The notes below the pieces were generated by a model. It had not been told where the DNA came from, did no database searches, and saw nothing but the letters and a program-made list of their open reading frames with translations. This document shows positions 37,651-51,854 of a stretch of DNA of 64,000 bases, piece after piece. Made by a program: the position numbers and the translations under genes. Position 1 is the stretch's first letter. Each line of letters begins with the position of its first letter. Origin of the DNA: Octopus sinensis (lineage: Eukaryota); NCBI RefSeq assembly GCF_006345805.1, contig NC_043018.1:2976001-3040000 (forward strand), read 5' to 3'.

Positions 37651-38224
37651 TGTTAAATATATGTACAACTAATACATAACATGTTTTCGTTTACAAAGTT
37701 ACTGATATATGTACATCAGTTTTTCTTTGCAGGTTGGGTAGCTTTTTGCTCGTTTTCATCCATTTGCTTTATAGTAACCCTGAAACATACAGTCATTATT
37801 TGTAGTTATTGTTTAGCCTTATCCAAGCTCGATATAAATGCACCTTTGATTAAAGACGTTCCAATTACAAATATCTCAGCTTCTTTTCAGGTATAGTGTA
37901 ATGTAAGTTAATAGTTTGATGGAATATTGCTAGCGATTGCTCGCACTTTTATCGAGACACATTGTTTAGCTAATGGACGGTCGAATCGTGGCGCCATGTT
38001 ACGTTCAAAGCAACGCAGTTTTCCTTTAAGGCAAAGATAATAAGCATATATAACGTTATGTATTTGTATGCTGTTATTATAGATAGATGCCACTAAGCAG
38101 CAACATACATCCAACAGCTTCCGTCAATTAGAGGCAGCGAAAACAAAACCTTTACCGAGTTGAATTACTAAAAATCGTTCACGCGAATACGAGTCGACTT
38201 TTTCATTAATGGAGATTTTTTCCT

Positions 38225-38249
38225 TTCATCATCATCATCATCATCATCA

Positions 38250-38328
<79 letters not shown>

Positions 38329-38463
38329 CGTTATTATTATTATTATCATTATTATTACTATTATTATTATTATTATTATTATTACTAAGGCAGTGAGCTG
38401 GCAGAATCGTAAGCACGCCCAGCAAAATTACTGCCCATGAGGCAAAATTTGAATCTACTACTA

Positions 38464-38502
<39 letters not shown>

Positions 38503-38652
38503 ATGCTGATGCTACAACTCCTGTTGCTGCTGTTACTATAACAACTACTACAACTACTGCTACTACTACTACAACTACTGCTACTACTACTACAACAACA
38601 AGTACTACTACTACTACTACAGCTATTACAACTACTACCACTACTGCTGCTG

Positions 38653-38684
<32 letters not shown>

Positions 38685-38688
38685 GCTG

Positions 38689-38732
<44 letters not shown>

Positions 38733-38755
38733 GTTATTATTATTATTACCATTGT
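38225..38755. repeat. Compound (CAT)/(TAT)/(CTA)/(CTG) array split by a SINE D head at ~38387-38448
   Basis: Directly visible. Confidence 0.9.
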
Positions 38756-39635
38756 TCATTTAGTTATCTAATTATTGCGTTCCACTCGTTTTCCCCGACC
38801 GAAGGCTAACGATTAACGGAGAGAAACACGTCGTCAGTAGAGAGACAGAAGACCATAGAAATTATAGAAACGTGTTCGCCGAGGGTCATTCGAATCTCCC
38901 TTCAATGGAAACCATGCTTATCTGCTGGAACTGATCTGTATTATATAAATATATTCATTTAAAACATTCATGCATCAAAAGTAGATCAATTTCTGTTTCA
39001 AATCAGCAAAAATTGCATTATCACCATGTTTGTGGCAAAATAAAAACTCCCGCCCTCCTTCACAACGTTTGGAACATGCCAGCTAATGAATAAACCGATA
39101 AGTGGGTAATCAACCTGCCAGATCTAGCAGCCAAAACTCTCTTAAGTTTTTAAAAAGTACCTACAAAATATCATTATCGAAAATGAAATTTGAGATAAAT
39201 TGCATGAAATTTGTCTGCCTGCAATATTATAGCCACTGTAGTTGTTTAGTTGTTATTATTATTGAAATGTAAATCAGTCGACGAAAGTAAACCTATGATC
39301 AAACACATTTCAACAGTGACCACCCTCTTTGTTTTCCGCTTTAGATCTACCTCATCCAAAGTATACAGTGTGGTTCTCCAAATTAATATCCATTCCTGCA
39401 TTACGAATCGTTCAATCTGAAGCTGGTGTGCGACGTTGAATTTGCACACAAAATTCAGATTCATTTGAATTGATAAAAGTGACGTTCAATTTAGAGTCAC
39501 CAGTCAATCGCATCAAATTCCAACCAATTTTTATCACCATCGTATTAGTACTCTTTGATTAATAAGCTTAAAGATATTTTAAACACACACACACACACAC
39601 ACATATACAGATCCACATAAATAAATAATACACGC

Positions 39636-39667
<32 letters not shown>

Positions 39668-39817
39668 TTAATATAACTTTTGAAATGATTACAGCGCATG
39701 TCTATGTTTGAAGTGGCAGAATATCCATGCATGTATCCACCCATTCGTCCATCCATCCATCCATACATCCATCCATCCGTATGCATGAATACTCATATAA
39801 ACAAGCACACGCATATA

Positions 39818-39891
<74 letters not shown>

Positions 39892-39906
39892 AATATATAT
39901 ACATAC

Positions 39907-39967
<61 letters not shown>

Positions 39968-40189
39968 TATATATAATATATATAGACATACATTTGCATA
40001 TGTGTATATGCATATACGAATACATAAGCATGTATATTTAGACATATGTGTGTGAATGTATGTATAATATGTATACAAACGTATATGTGTGTATAAATGT
40101 ATGTATGAATATGTACACGCACAAATACATAAATATATATTCATATACATGAGTATTTTTGTGTGCGTATGTGCATGAGAGTATATATA

Positions 40190-40266
<77 letters not shown>

Positions 40267-40712
40267 AGAGAGCGAGAGAATGTATATGTAGAGAGAGAAG
40301 TGATAGATAGTTTGATATAGACTATCGGTAAAATCATTGCGAATCTTTGATATAATTCAATCGATTTCACGCATCAAAGGCAATTTTATTTATTTTTGTG
40401 TTTATTTATTTATTTATACACTTTGTTTTTGCTTTTTTTTAGCGATAAGTGAATTATAACTTATATCATATTCAGTGACATATACGAACTCACATATTTC
40501 GCTTCAAATGCTATTTCATTTTCGTTATTGATATACTGCTAGAATTTAACATTAAACAAAGTCACACATGCACACATACGCGTACAACAAGAAACACATG
40601 CGTACGGACTTGAATTTCAAACTTTATGAGAAGCATATCTGTGTGGGTGTTTAAGAATATATGTAAAAAAATAGACAGATAGATAGTTAGGTAGATAGAT
40701 AGATAGATAGAG

Positions 40713-40788
<76 letters not shown>

Positions 40789-40953
40789 CATGTTATATAG
40801 ATTGATAGATAGGTACGTACATATATACATATCTTACATATATGCATACATAGTGTGATAGATAGAAAAACAAATAGACAGACAGACTGACTGATAGAGA
40901 AAGCGATGGATATATACAGAAATAGGTGTATATACGTAAATGTATATATATAT

Positions 40954-41057
<104 letters not shown>

Positions 41058-41207
41058 TGATAGATAGATAGATAGATAGATATGGGTATAGATATAGATG
41101 CATATATATTTCTATATATATGTATATGTACATACTTATATACATATACGTGTGTGTGTGTGGTTTGTGTGTGTGTGTGTTTGAGTGTGTTTGTGTTTGA
41201 ATGTGTG

Positions 41208-41251
<44 letters not shown>

Positions 41252-41879
41252 TGCGGGTGTGCGTGGTCGTGCGCAGCGAAGATTTTTCGACGTTTAGGAC
41301 AAAAGCCTTTTTCCAGAATAGCAAATCTTTTCTCTTCGACTCAGTCCCATGAATCTTGGAATAAAAGGGAGATACGTGGAACGGCTAATTATCAGAGATT
41401 GTGCTGGCAATGGAAACTTAATGAAAGAAAATTAAGGCCAGGTGATGCTAGATGTGAAAATAATATATAAACGGGACGTTGAACAGGATTAATGCTGTAA
41501 AACGCAGGCTAATTAGCTTTTGTTCTCTGTTGTATGCTAGATTTTTCGATACGATAACGCTTCTATCTTCATTGATTGCATTCACGTATGAGAAACCGTG
41601 CCAAATAAATCCGAATCCTTGATTCTCAAAAGCACACACCTTCACATGTGTATATTATATGTGTGTGATGGTGGTTGTTTGCGTCTATGTGTGACTGCGT
41701 ATCTCTCTGCCCCTGTATAATACAACATAATATATTATAACAGGAAAATAAATACTGTTAGCTGCGCTTTCTCGCGCACGTGCACACACACGCACACACA
41801 CATAATCGTTGTGTATGTGTGTATATATACATATATAACTATACATATATATAGCTATATATATATATATATATTATAA

Positions 41880-42290
41880 TAAATTAGAGACAAAACCACT
41901 ATTATGCAAATCAAACAAAGAAAGACTTAATCCAATACATAAATTAATTTATATAATTTAGAAATTTAACAATTATTAATATCCACTACGATCGTTTCAT
42001 GTCTTCTTTTCATCACATCTTTGAGTAGTAGACATATAATATTTTACTATAAAATTGGATTCAATCCTAAATCTGATTTTTCCCTGTAAGTTTGGATTTA
42101 TTCCCTAATATTTATTATTAATTTATATATATATATATATATATATATAGCCTTATATATATATATATATGGTTGCTAAACACTGCAGTGGTGGATATCA
42201 GTTCTCAATTTGTGATATATGGCTACCTTTGGTTTCATGTCAAGAAAAGTTGGAAGATATCCCAGTATATTAACAATTTTTCAAGCCGAT
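41880..42290 (-). mobile_element. PLE pseudo-LTR-like segment with two hammerhead-like modules
   Basis: Both modules contain GACATGAAAC: GAAAC-CAAAG-GTA (42221-42287) and GAAAC-GATC-GTA (~41981-42040). They lie downstream of the Naiad-like remnant. Confidence 0.55.
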
Positions 42291-42439
42291 CGCATGGAGA
42301 AATGATTTTGCCTCTATTTTGGACATCCCAATCTCGTTTAGTTCGGGGAGATTCTCATGAATTTTCGTGAATAAGGGTCGTTACTTTTGGGTGGCATCTC
42401 TTGAATGTCTGCCCGCATTGGATTTGTTTTTTGAGCAAA

Positions 42440-42945
42440 CTGTAGTATGGTAAATTTATTTGCATTTTTTTGTGTTTGTTCTGGGCGTGGTGTTCTTATA
42501 CTTGTGGTCTGAGGTAGTTCGCCACTGGGGCATATTTCTTCTGTGTGTGGAGCTTCTGTGCTCTGTTTAGATTTCACGTTCATGAAATGAGCTTTCTTGG
42601 TGGGTTTACCGTCGCAGTTGGTGGCCACTTCTTTGAAGTATTTGCGTGTAAATTATTGCATGTGTATGCAGGGAGAGAATGTTTCATCCCTAATATTTGG
42701 AATACATTTGTTGATTGTGTAATGTTCACATTTGGTACCTCGTCCTCTCCATTTCTTGGCTTTCAAAATAAATTTTCATTCTATCTGGGGGTAGCTTACT
42801 CCACTTTATTTAAACGTCCATATATTTGACTGAGACGTTGCATGTTTTTCTTTTTGCCTCTCAATGACAGCAGGTATTGTGTATAACTTTTACGTGAACG
42901 AGTTGCCAGTCATACCGATATAGGTCTTTGCTACACCGTTGGGAC
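42440..42945 (-). pseudogene. Decayed Naiad-like GIY-YIG endonuclease fragment
   Basis: KTYIGMTGNSFT*..SNIWTFK*SGVSYPQIE*KFILKAK..GTKC and terminal ..ANKFTILQF, with stops and frameshifts. Confidence 0.6.
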
Positions 42946-43267
42946 AGTCTATTGGGGGATATTTAACACACGACCAAAGAATGTAGGTATGAGTAAGCGT
43001 GACAATCGAACCCACACCACTTATATTCGCGATGGTTGGACCAACATACCCATCGACTTCCTCCCGTTAGGTTTATTTAAGGGATATCACTACACAGTGT
43101 TGTGTAAACAAATACATGAATATTCTGCGTTAGGTGAAGAGACGACGATGAGTGACTGTTCAGTAACTAACAATACGATCATAAGCTTCGACCGTGTATT
43201 GGCTAAAGAAACTAATCTTATATCGAGGCATATAAATTTTCGACAGAGAAAGTAGATATTAGGTACG

Positions 43268-43336
43268 CAGGAGAATCAAACACACGCCTCTCATATTCGC
43301 GAAAAGTGTGCTAACCACTTACACCAAGCACACGTC
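43268..43336 (-). mobile_element. tRNA-like SINE head; related partial copy at ~42990-43050
   Basis: TGGTGTAAGTGG A-box and GTTTGATTC B-box; shared TCGCGAATAT. No clean cloverleaf. Confidence 0.4.
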
Positions 43337-43422
43337 AACTTTGTCCTGTTTCATTTAAGAATTATAATTTCAGTGTTGTGTATATATATATATATATATA
43401 TGTATGTATTATATGTATATAT

Positions 43423-43501
<79 letters not shown>

Positions 43502-43512
43502 GTATGTATATG

Positions 43513-43556
<44 letters not shown>

Positions 43557-43785
43557 TGCATATATCAGTGGGAGAGTTACCATTTTAAATGTTCCGCTTT
43601 TAAATGTCATATTATATCCTTTAAAACTAGAAAGTTAGCATTATAAAACAACCATAATGATTCATGATGAATTTGTTTGTTAAAACCTTATATCTACTAT
43701 TCCGTATTGGCTGTCACATTTTCGGTTTTATAACAGAATCTGAAAAATATCGATAGCGCATATGGGAATATATTTTGCATTTTCA

Positions 43786-44370
43786 AGGCGGCGAGCTGGC
43801 AGAAACGTTAGCACGACCGGCGAAATACCTAGCGGTATTTCGTCTGCCGTTACGTTCTGCGTTCAAATTCCACCGAGGTCGACTTTGCCTTTCATCCTTT
43901 CGGGGTCGATTAAATAAGTACCAGTTACGCACTGGTGTCGATATAATCGACTTAATCCTTTTGTCTGTCCTTGTTTGTCCTCTCTGTGTTTAGCCCCTTG
44001 TGGGTAGTAAAGAAATAAGTACTTCATCTGCCGTTATGTTCTGAGTTCAAATTCCGCTGAGGTCGACTTTGCCTTTCATCCTTACGGGATCGATAAATTA
44101 AGTACCAGTTATGCACTGGTGTCGATATAATCGACTTAATCCGTTTGTCTGTCCTTGTTTGTCTTCTCTGTGTGTAGCCCCTTGTGCGTAGTAAACAAAT
44201 AGGTATTTCGACTGCCGTTACGTTCTGAGTTCAAATTCCGCTGAGGTCGACTTTGCCTTTCATCCCTCCGGGGTCGATAAATTATGTACCAGTTGCGTAC
44301 AGGGGTCGATCGAATAGACTGGCCCTCACCTCCCTCAAAATTTCAGGCCTTCTGCTTAGGGTAGAAAATA
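43786..44370 (+). mobile_element. SINE family D with three tandem 184-bp internal units
   Basis: GTTCAAATTCC at 43861, 44045 and 44229. Confidence 0.92.
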
Positions 44371-44499
44371 AAAGAATATACTATATTTTAAAAGGATACA
44401 TGGGTACAAGATAACAAGTTTGATACTGAATCGCATCGTCATTGTCTTTAGCAGCAGTAGGAATGTTAGCATCAAACCGTGAACAATACTGTCCCAAGT

Positions 44500-44745
44500 G
44501 CTAGGATCCATAGGGCTGGGAATTCAGGTTCCACGGCGTGTAAATGGCGAAAATATCAACACTGGTCACGAACGCGATGCCCATCCGTTGCAGAGTTGAA
44601 CGTTTATAGCTGAGAATATTGGAGCAACGGAGTATGAAGTGTTTTCCTCAATAACACAAGGTACTATTCAGTCAGGAAATTGAAACCTCGGCCTTACAAT
44701 TAAGAGTGCAACGATTTAACCATTAGGCCAAGCGCTTTCACGTAA
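44500..44745 (-). mobile_element. Diverged tRNA-derived SINE
   Basis: GTGAAAGCGCTTGGCCTAATGGTTA head and GGTTTCAATTTCC B-box-like motif. Confidence 0.55.
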
Positions 44746-47700
44746 AAGCATTTCCCGGGTTATATTATTCTATGATAACCATCTAATATAATAACAATTG
44801 CTTCAGTGCAACATTTCCAATTATGGCACAACCATGTGTCCTGTTACTTGTTCTATTATCTAAATACTGCTTTGTTTAGTCGGAAGTCTCGTACAAAAGT
44901 CATATAATTAAAACATTTTAATTATGGCTGCCATGCCATTTCTTTATATAAGTAATGTTTCGTTTAGTAGAGCGGACTCAGCTCTTAGACGCAAGCGAAT
45001 ATCATTTGGTGGAATACGTGGGATTATTTCGCCAACTGTTTTATGTGGCTATGTGGTCGTGAACAGGCAACACTTCCCGCACAGCCCTGTTTTCGACAAG
45101 GGGTGCATGTAGCATGGTACAGCTAGCGCGTGAGTTTGAAAGAAAAGGAGAGACGTAACCCTAGCACACATTTGCGACTGTGTAGATGGGGTTAATACGA
45201 AGCGATAGATCCAACTGGGCTCGCAAATTGAACTTTCTGAGCCAAACTCTGAGAGCGAGACCATTTACTGTAATGTCTAGTATGCATGCGTCCCTTATCC
45301 TGTATATTCGCCCCCCCCATTTTCTTATTTTGTTTTTGTGCTTGTTACATCTTTCCCTTTGAAGATCAAACTTTATGATTTTTGCAAATGTATGCAGCTA
45401 TATCTAGCACTTTCAACAACCGTGTAGCTGCTCACTCGCTGGATCGGATCGTGTTATTTCTAAGAACTGGTTTTTTGTCTATAGTAATTTTTTGTTAAAT
45501 TTTATTCTATCCTCTCTAGCTTCTTTTAATTCCCTTCATGAAATAAATCTTTTATTAATATTTTGAATCAGTGAACAAAGGTAAAAGTACTAAACTTAGA
45601 AGCAGAGAAGGTTAGTGTCGGCAGAAGACTTCCAAGAAGCGAAAACATACGAAATGAAAAATTAGAATTTAAAAAGTAACGAAAAATATTTTCTTTCTTC
45701 GGCATAAGAGAATACGTATCTATAACAGCAATCCATGACTTCGAAATGAATAATTTAAAGTAACTCATGTATTTTGCTGTTTTTACTTATGTTCTTTTTC
45801 GACCATTAAAGGCCAAACTACAACAACAACATAAAAGGGTGGGGAAAATTACTATGCAGTTCCAAATCCGGTTTGGTTTGGAGGGAGAAGTGCAGCATAT
45901 CATAAATAGAACATCATCAATATTTCATGAGAAGAGGTTTTAGGTCACTCGAACAAGTCGCAGACGTGAATTAAAAATATTTTTCAATATCGTGTGATAC
46001 TAATTTTCATAATGTTTACCATTATTGATTTTAACTTATTTTTTAAAATGATCCGTTGTCGTTGCAGTCATTGTTGTTGTTGTTGTTGCAGTTATTCTTA
46101 TTGTTGTTGTTGCTGCTGTTGCTTAGTCCTATGTCAGTTCTTATTGAGTGAACAGAGAGATCAAACGCATTCGAATTTTCATTTATTTAATAGTTTTTCC
46201 CATTCAGAAATAGTTTATCTCGAAATAGATAATCTTATATGACGTTTAACTTTTAAGGCTGCAGATTATGATTAGAAGATTTTGTTGTTATGTCTTGCAG
46301 GTCAAATGACTGTATAAGGATTTCCGCATTTATTCACGAAATACCCTGCAGTAATATAATACATAGAAGCATAAACTTGTAGGGGACCGGTTCAAACCAA
46401 CTGTCAGTATTATCCGTTCTCCATTCTGCATTCTTTTATAAAAGGAGAATTAAAAACAAGCAGCTAGCAAGAGAGACAAAACAGATTGCCTTATCTTCTC
46501 AGTTCCAACGCCGCGGACTCAACTTTGGTTTTCGTCCCCACTCACCATAAAATTAGTACCAGTTGAGTACTGGGGTAAAATATCATCGACTTACTCACAA
46601 CCCTTCTGCCAAATCTTAAAATAAAGCATGGGGAAGAGGCGACAATTTAGTTAATAAAATATTATGAACTGCTGTATTTTTGAAGAATTTTCAGGTTTCA
46701 AATGTGTAAATACTTGTGAGTTAATATAATCTAACGATTGAAGAATTCATCATAGAATGTACGTTCGGGCGACGAGCTGGAGCAATCGTCTGCACGTCAA
46801 ACAAATTGCTTAGCGACATTTGGTCCATCTTTATGTCTTCTGTTCAAATATACCCGAGGTCAATATTCACTTTCTTCGTTTCAGGATCGATAAAATAAAT
46901 ATTTGTGGAGCACTGGGCGGTGGGGGTGGAGAGGTCAAAGTATTTGACTTTCACCATACTCCAAAATATCAGGCATTGCACCGATAGCAGAAAGGATTAT
47001 ACTATTACCATATCAAGTTTTGTCATACAATATTTGGTGACATGTTCCGTTTCAGACATTAAAATTCATAGCTTTAAACTAGCATTTTACCATATATATC
47101 TGTATCAACACCTACACGTATACGTGTTTGCGCGTGGGCGAAGACTGTATCACTCTTTCTGTCTCTATATCTCTATCTGTCTCTGTCTCTCTGTCCCTGT
47201 CTGTCTCTCTGTCTCTCTGTCTCTCTCAATGTATCTTAAGATACATACATGGATACAGACTCATACATAACATTACGCAGGTGATATTTAATTGCATATC
47301 ACATTATATATTACGCTATTTCATTATATATTATACATCCTATATTGATTATTTCACACATTGTATTAACAGTACATGTTACATTACATAAAACAAATTA
47401 CATTACATTTTTATAATATATCTTTCACATTATATATTCCAAACGATATATTTCATACATACTATAACGTACAATGCATTATACATTTCATATGTCATTA
47501 TATTGTTTTATAGCACTAAAACATATTAGGTATTATAGCATATACGGGATATTTGTTTGAATATTACCTTATTTCCTTACGTATTCAGAGCCACACGTTA
47601 CCGCTTATCACATATGGCATTAGAGTCTTGCGAGCTAAATATTACTAAATTCATTTTATATGCATTGCATCCATTTTGAAAAATAAATCTATGGATACAT

Positions 47701-47830
47701 TAATTATATCATACAATCTATATATTCTCGCTTATTTTTAGCGGGGAGGATGAGGAAATTAGATTGATATGTGCAGACTTTGTGTCACTCTTGTGCAATA
47801 AGGCAATATGTAACTATCTATCTATATCTA

Positions 47831-47900
<70 letters not shown>

Positions 47901-48001
47901 ATATATACATATATATATACATATATAATATGTATATATATACATACGTATATATATACATATATATATATACATATATATATATGTATATATATCCATA
48001 C

Positions 48002-48036
<35 letters not shown>

Positions 48037-48104
48037 GTGTGTGGTTGTGTCTGACCCTCCTCTCCGGCAGTCGCCATGATAGATCGGTAGCCACTACATG
48101 CATT

Positions 48105-48262
48105 TTTTCTCTCCTTGTTTCTGTCTGTGTCCCTTTCTGTGGAAGAGAGTAAGCTCGAAACGTAAAAGACTTTTTTTCAATTCCTGAGCGTTATACTAAT
48201 ACATTTGTTTTTTTCTCTACACTGCTTGTCTTGGTCTTGTGCTTTTTTCGTGAATTCTCCCT
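48105..48262 (+). mobile_element. Short hammerhead-like repeat (family H1, copy 2)
   Basis: CCTTT-CTGTGGA-A-GAG AGTAAG CTC-GAAA-CGTA-AAAGA, then CCTGAGCGTTATACTAATACA; ends at (TA)n. Confidence 0.7.
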
Positions 48263-48263
48263 G

Positions 48264-48331
<68 letters not shown>

Positions 48332-48700
48332 TATATATACAAAGTATGGGGGTTTAGTTCACAGGTGATCTAAGCAATTAGCTACGCAAGGTAAGTGCTG
48401 TAACTGATTACAAGGGATTCAAGGTTATTGCCGAGACGGTAGTTATGAAGCCATTACAGATTTCTGATGGAGCAGATATATAATTGTCAAACAGGACGTC
48501 AAACATCAATGCAAGGCAAACCTTTCAAGTCATATACAATATTATTAGAGGAAGAAATTCAAAATCTTACAGTTGTTTCTGGGATATCCTCCGGTATGAG
48601 ATATTCCGACATCAGAGACAAATTGGGGAAAAAATATGAAAAATGAGAATGGTATATATCAATAAGATGATAACATAGAGCAAGGGAGTAAAAGAATAAG

Positions 48701-49075
48701 ATGGAGAGAGACACCCAGTGGTTAGAACAGCAGACTTGCGGTCGTAAGATCGGGTATCGAATCCCAGACCGGGTGTTGTGAGTGTTTATTGAGCGAAAAC
48801 CCCTAAAGCTCCTCGAGGCTCCGGCAGGGGTGGTGGCGAACGCTGCTGTACTCTTTCACCATAAATTTCTCTCACTGTTTCTTCCTGTTTCTTTTGTACC
48901 TCTATTTCAAAGAGACAGCCTTATCACACACTGGATCACGCTGAATCTCCCCGAGAACTACGTTATGGGTACACGTGTCTGTGGAGTGCTCAGCCACTTG
49001 AACGTTAATTTCACGAGTAGGCTGTTCTGATAATCGAAGTAGCTGGAACCCACGTTGTCGTAACCGACGGCGTGC
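48701..49075 (+). mobile_element. SINE family A, diverged
   Basis: Homologous to the reverse complement of 408-791. Confidence 0.88.
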
Positions 49076-49084
49076 GTGCCACGA

Positions 49085-49132
<48 letters not shown>

Positions 49133-49189
49133 ATATATAGATATATATATATATATATATCTATATATATATATGTATGTATATATATA

Positions 49190-49236
<47 letters not shown>

Positions 49237-49282
49237 ATTTTAATCCAAACGGGAACAAAAAAAACAACAACAATGGAACAAT

Positions 49283-49440
49283 TACAGTATTATTATTAAT
49301 AGGCGCTCAGGAAATGGAAGCAGGAAGGTATGACGTTTCGAGCTGAGCTCTTCGTCGGAAACATAAAGAAGGAAGAGAGAGAAAAGAAAGATCCCAAAGC
49401 GGGCAACAGGATAGAGAAAAAAAAACGACTGGTGTTTACG
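49283..49440 (-). mobile_element. Short hammerhead-like repeat (H1-related, copy 3)
   Basis: CCGACGA-A-GAGC TCA GCTC-GAAA-CGTC, then CCTGAGCGCCTATTAATAATACT. Confidence 0.6.
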
Positions 49441-49519
49441 AGTTACACATGGTGAAAGGTGGAAGTTTACGATAACAAGAGCAAAGTAGGTTTTTAAAGC
49501 CAAAGAGTGGAGACAAGGT

Positions 49520-51502
49520 TGGTAACGCAACAGATGTGTGTGTATGTGTGAGTGTGTGCGTGTGTGTATGTGTGTGTGTGAGGCGAGATAAAAAAACAAA
49601 AATATATGTATGTGTTAGTGTGTGCGTCTGTGTGTAGGCGTGTGATGTAGGGCGAGACAGTGTAGGCAAGCAGACAGTTGTCAGTAGTAAGAAAAGAAGG
49701 AAGAGGAAGGGAGGGAGGGGAAGGGTGGGGGCGTATGTAGCGTGCCAGCGTGTGTTGAGTAGTAGTGTGTGTGTGTGTCCAGTGTCCGTGGTAGTATTAA
49801 TGGCGAGTAGATTGAATGTGTGTAAGAGTAAGAGTAATGTATATATTTAAGCAATGTTGTGTATATGTGTGCGCGTGTGTGTAACAAAAAAGTGGGTTGG
49901 AAAAAGCACTCCAGCTGAGGGGAAGATGGAAGAGTGGTCCCGCGGAGACGGGCGTGGGAAAACCCAACGACAAGCGACGGTCCCAGGAACGAGCGGGAGT
50001 CTCGTCGGGTCCAAGAGCGAGGTGCATGCGGCGCGTATGCGTGCGCGAACCGGCGCAAGCGCGTGTGTGCGCGCGCCTGCGAGTATGCGCGTAGTATGTA
50101 TGTGTGTGGATGTGTGAGTGTGTCTGTGTGTATGTCTGGGTGTCAGTGTGTCCGATAATGTATCTTGAGTATGTGTGTATATATGTGTGTGCATAGATGT
50201 ATGTCCGTGTGTGTGTGTGTGTGTACATGTGTATGAGTGTATGTATGGTATGTACGTGTGGGTGTGTGGAAGCGTGTGTATGTGCATGTGTGTGCGCGTA
50301 CATACAGTGTGTGAGTGAGTGTGGTGTGTGTGTATGTAGGTTGAGTGTGTATGTATGTGTGTGTAGGATGCATGTATGTGTATGGGTGTATGTATGTGTG
50401 TGTGTATGTATGTATGTGTACGTGCGTGTGTGTGTGTGTATGCGTGTAGGTGTGCGCGTGTGCATGCATGCATGTGCGTATGTGTGTGTGTGTGCATGTG
50501 TGTGGGTATATATGTATGTGCGTATAGGTGTGTGTATGTGCGCACATGTGTGTGTGTGTGTATGCATGTGTGTGTATGTAGGTGTGTAGGCGTGTGTGTA
50601 TAGGTGTATGTATGTAAGTATGTATGGGTGTGTCCGTGTATGTGTGTGTATGTAGGTGTGTGGTGCGTGTGGTATATTGTGTGTATGTAGGTGTGTGGGC
50701 GTGTGTATATAGGTGTATGTATGTATGTCTGGGTGTGTCCGTGCATGTTTGTGTGTGTGTGTATGCATGTGTATGTAGGTGTGTGTACGTGTGTAATGTA
50801 TGTGTGTATGCGTGTGTGTGCGTGTGTATGCGTGCGTGTGTGTATGTAGGTGCGTGTGTAGTGTGTGGGAGTGTAGGTGTGGGTGTGCGTGTGCGTGTTT
50901 ATGTTGGTGTGTGCGTATGTGAGTGTGAGTGTATGGGTGTTTGTCATGCATGTGTGTGCGCGTGCAGGTGAGTGTGTGTGTAAGTATGTGTGTGTGTATG
51001 TTTGTGTGAGTAAGTATGTGTGTATGTCTGTGTGTATGTATTGCGTATAGGAGTATGTAGGTATGTGTGTGTGTGTGTTGTGTATGGGTGTATGTATGTA
51101 TGTGTGTGTGTGTGCATGTGTATAAGTATATGTGTGTGTGCGTATGTGTGTGTATGTGTATGTGTGTGTGTTATGTATGTGTGTATGTATGTGTGTAGGC
51201 GTGTGTGTGTAGATGTATGTATGTATGGGTGTGTGTCTGTGTGTGTTTGTGTGGTGTGTGTGTGTAGGTAGGTGTGTGTGTCTTAGTGAGGGTATGGCTG
51301 TGTAGTGTGTTGTGTTGAATGTAAGTGGTGTTTGTGTACATTGTAATGTAGTATGTAGGTGTGTGGTGTGTGTATGTGTACGTGTGCGTGTGTATGTGTG
51401 TGTTGTATGCGTGTGAGTGTGAGTGTATGGGTGTATGTCTGTGTGTGTGTATGTCTGAAGTAGGTATGTGTGTGTATGTATGTATGTGTGTGTGTGCGGG
51501 TA

Positions 51503-51533
<31 letters not shown>

Positions 51534-51585
51534 TATATTATATATACATACATATATATATATGTGTGTGTTTGTGTCTGTGTGT
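49520..51585. repeat. ~2-kb noisy (TG)/(TATG)-derived low-complexity tract
   Basis: Strongly T/G-biased; the long HT/VC ORFs are artefacts. Confidence 0.92.
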
Positions 51586-51854
51586 AGCAGACGCGCGCAT
51601 GGCTGCATGGCTATATGATTAGAATTTGTTCCTCAACCACATGGTTTTTCAATCTGTACCCGGGAGTGAACTCAGGATTCGCGGATTAGTAGCCTGCGCT
51701 CTTCTCCACTATGCTATATGGTTTATAAGCCCCAAATTTCACTCTACAATCGCCAACGGGCATATAGTGAAGTGGATGAGAGCGCGAGATACTAAACCTC
51801 AGACTTGGGAAATAATATCCACAAAAAATAACATCAGCAAACAAAAAAAATAGC

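Noticed and set aside
43786-44370. CRISPR-like repeat-spacer array
   Set aside because: Eukaryotic context, 184-bp units with identical spacers, SINE homology and no cas genes.
49797-50971. 384-aa and 366-aa His/Thr-rich ORFs
   Set aside because: Translations of the TG/CA low-complexity tract.
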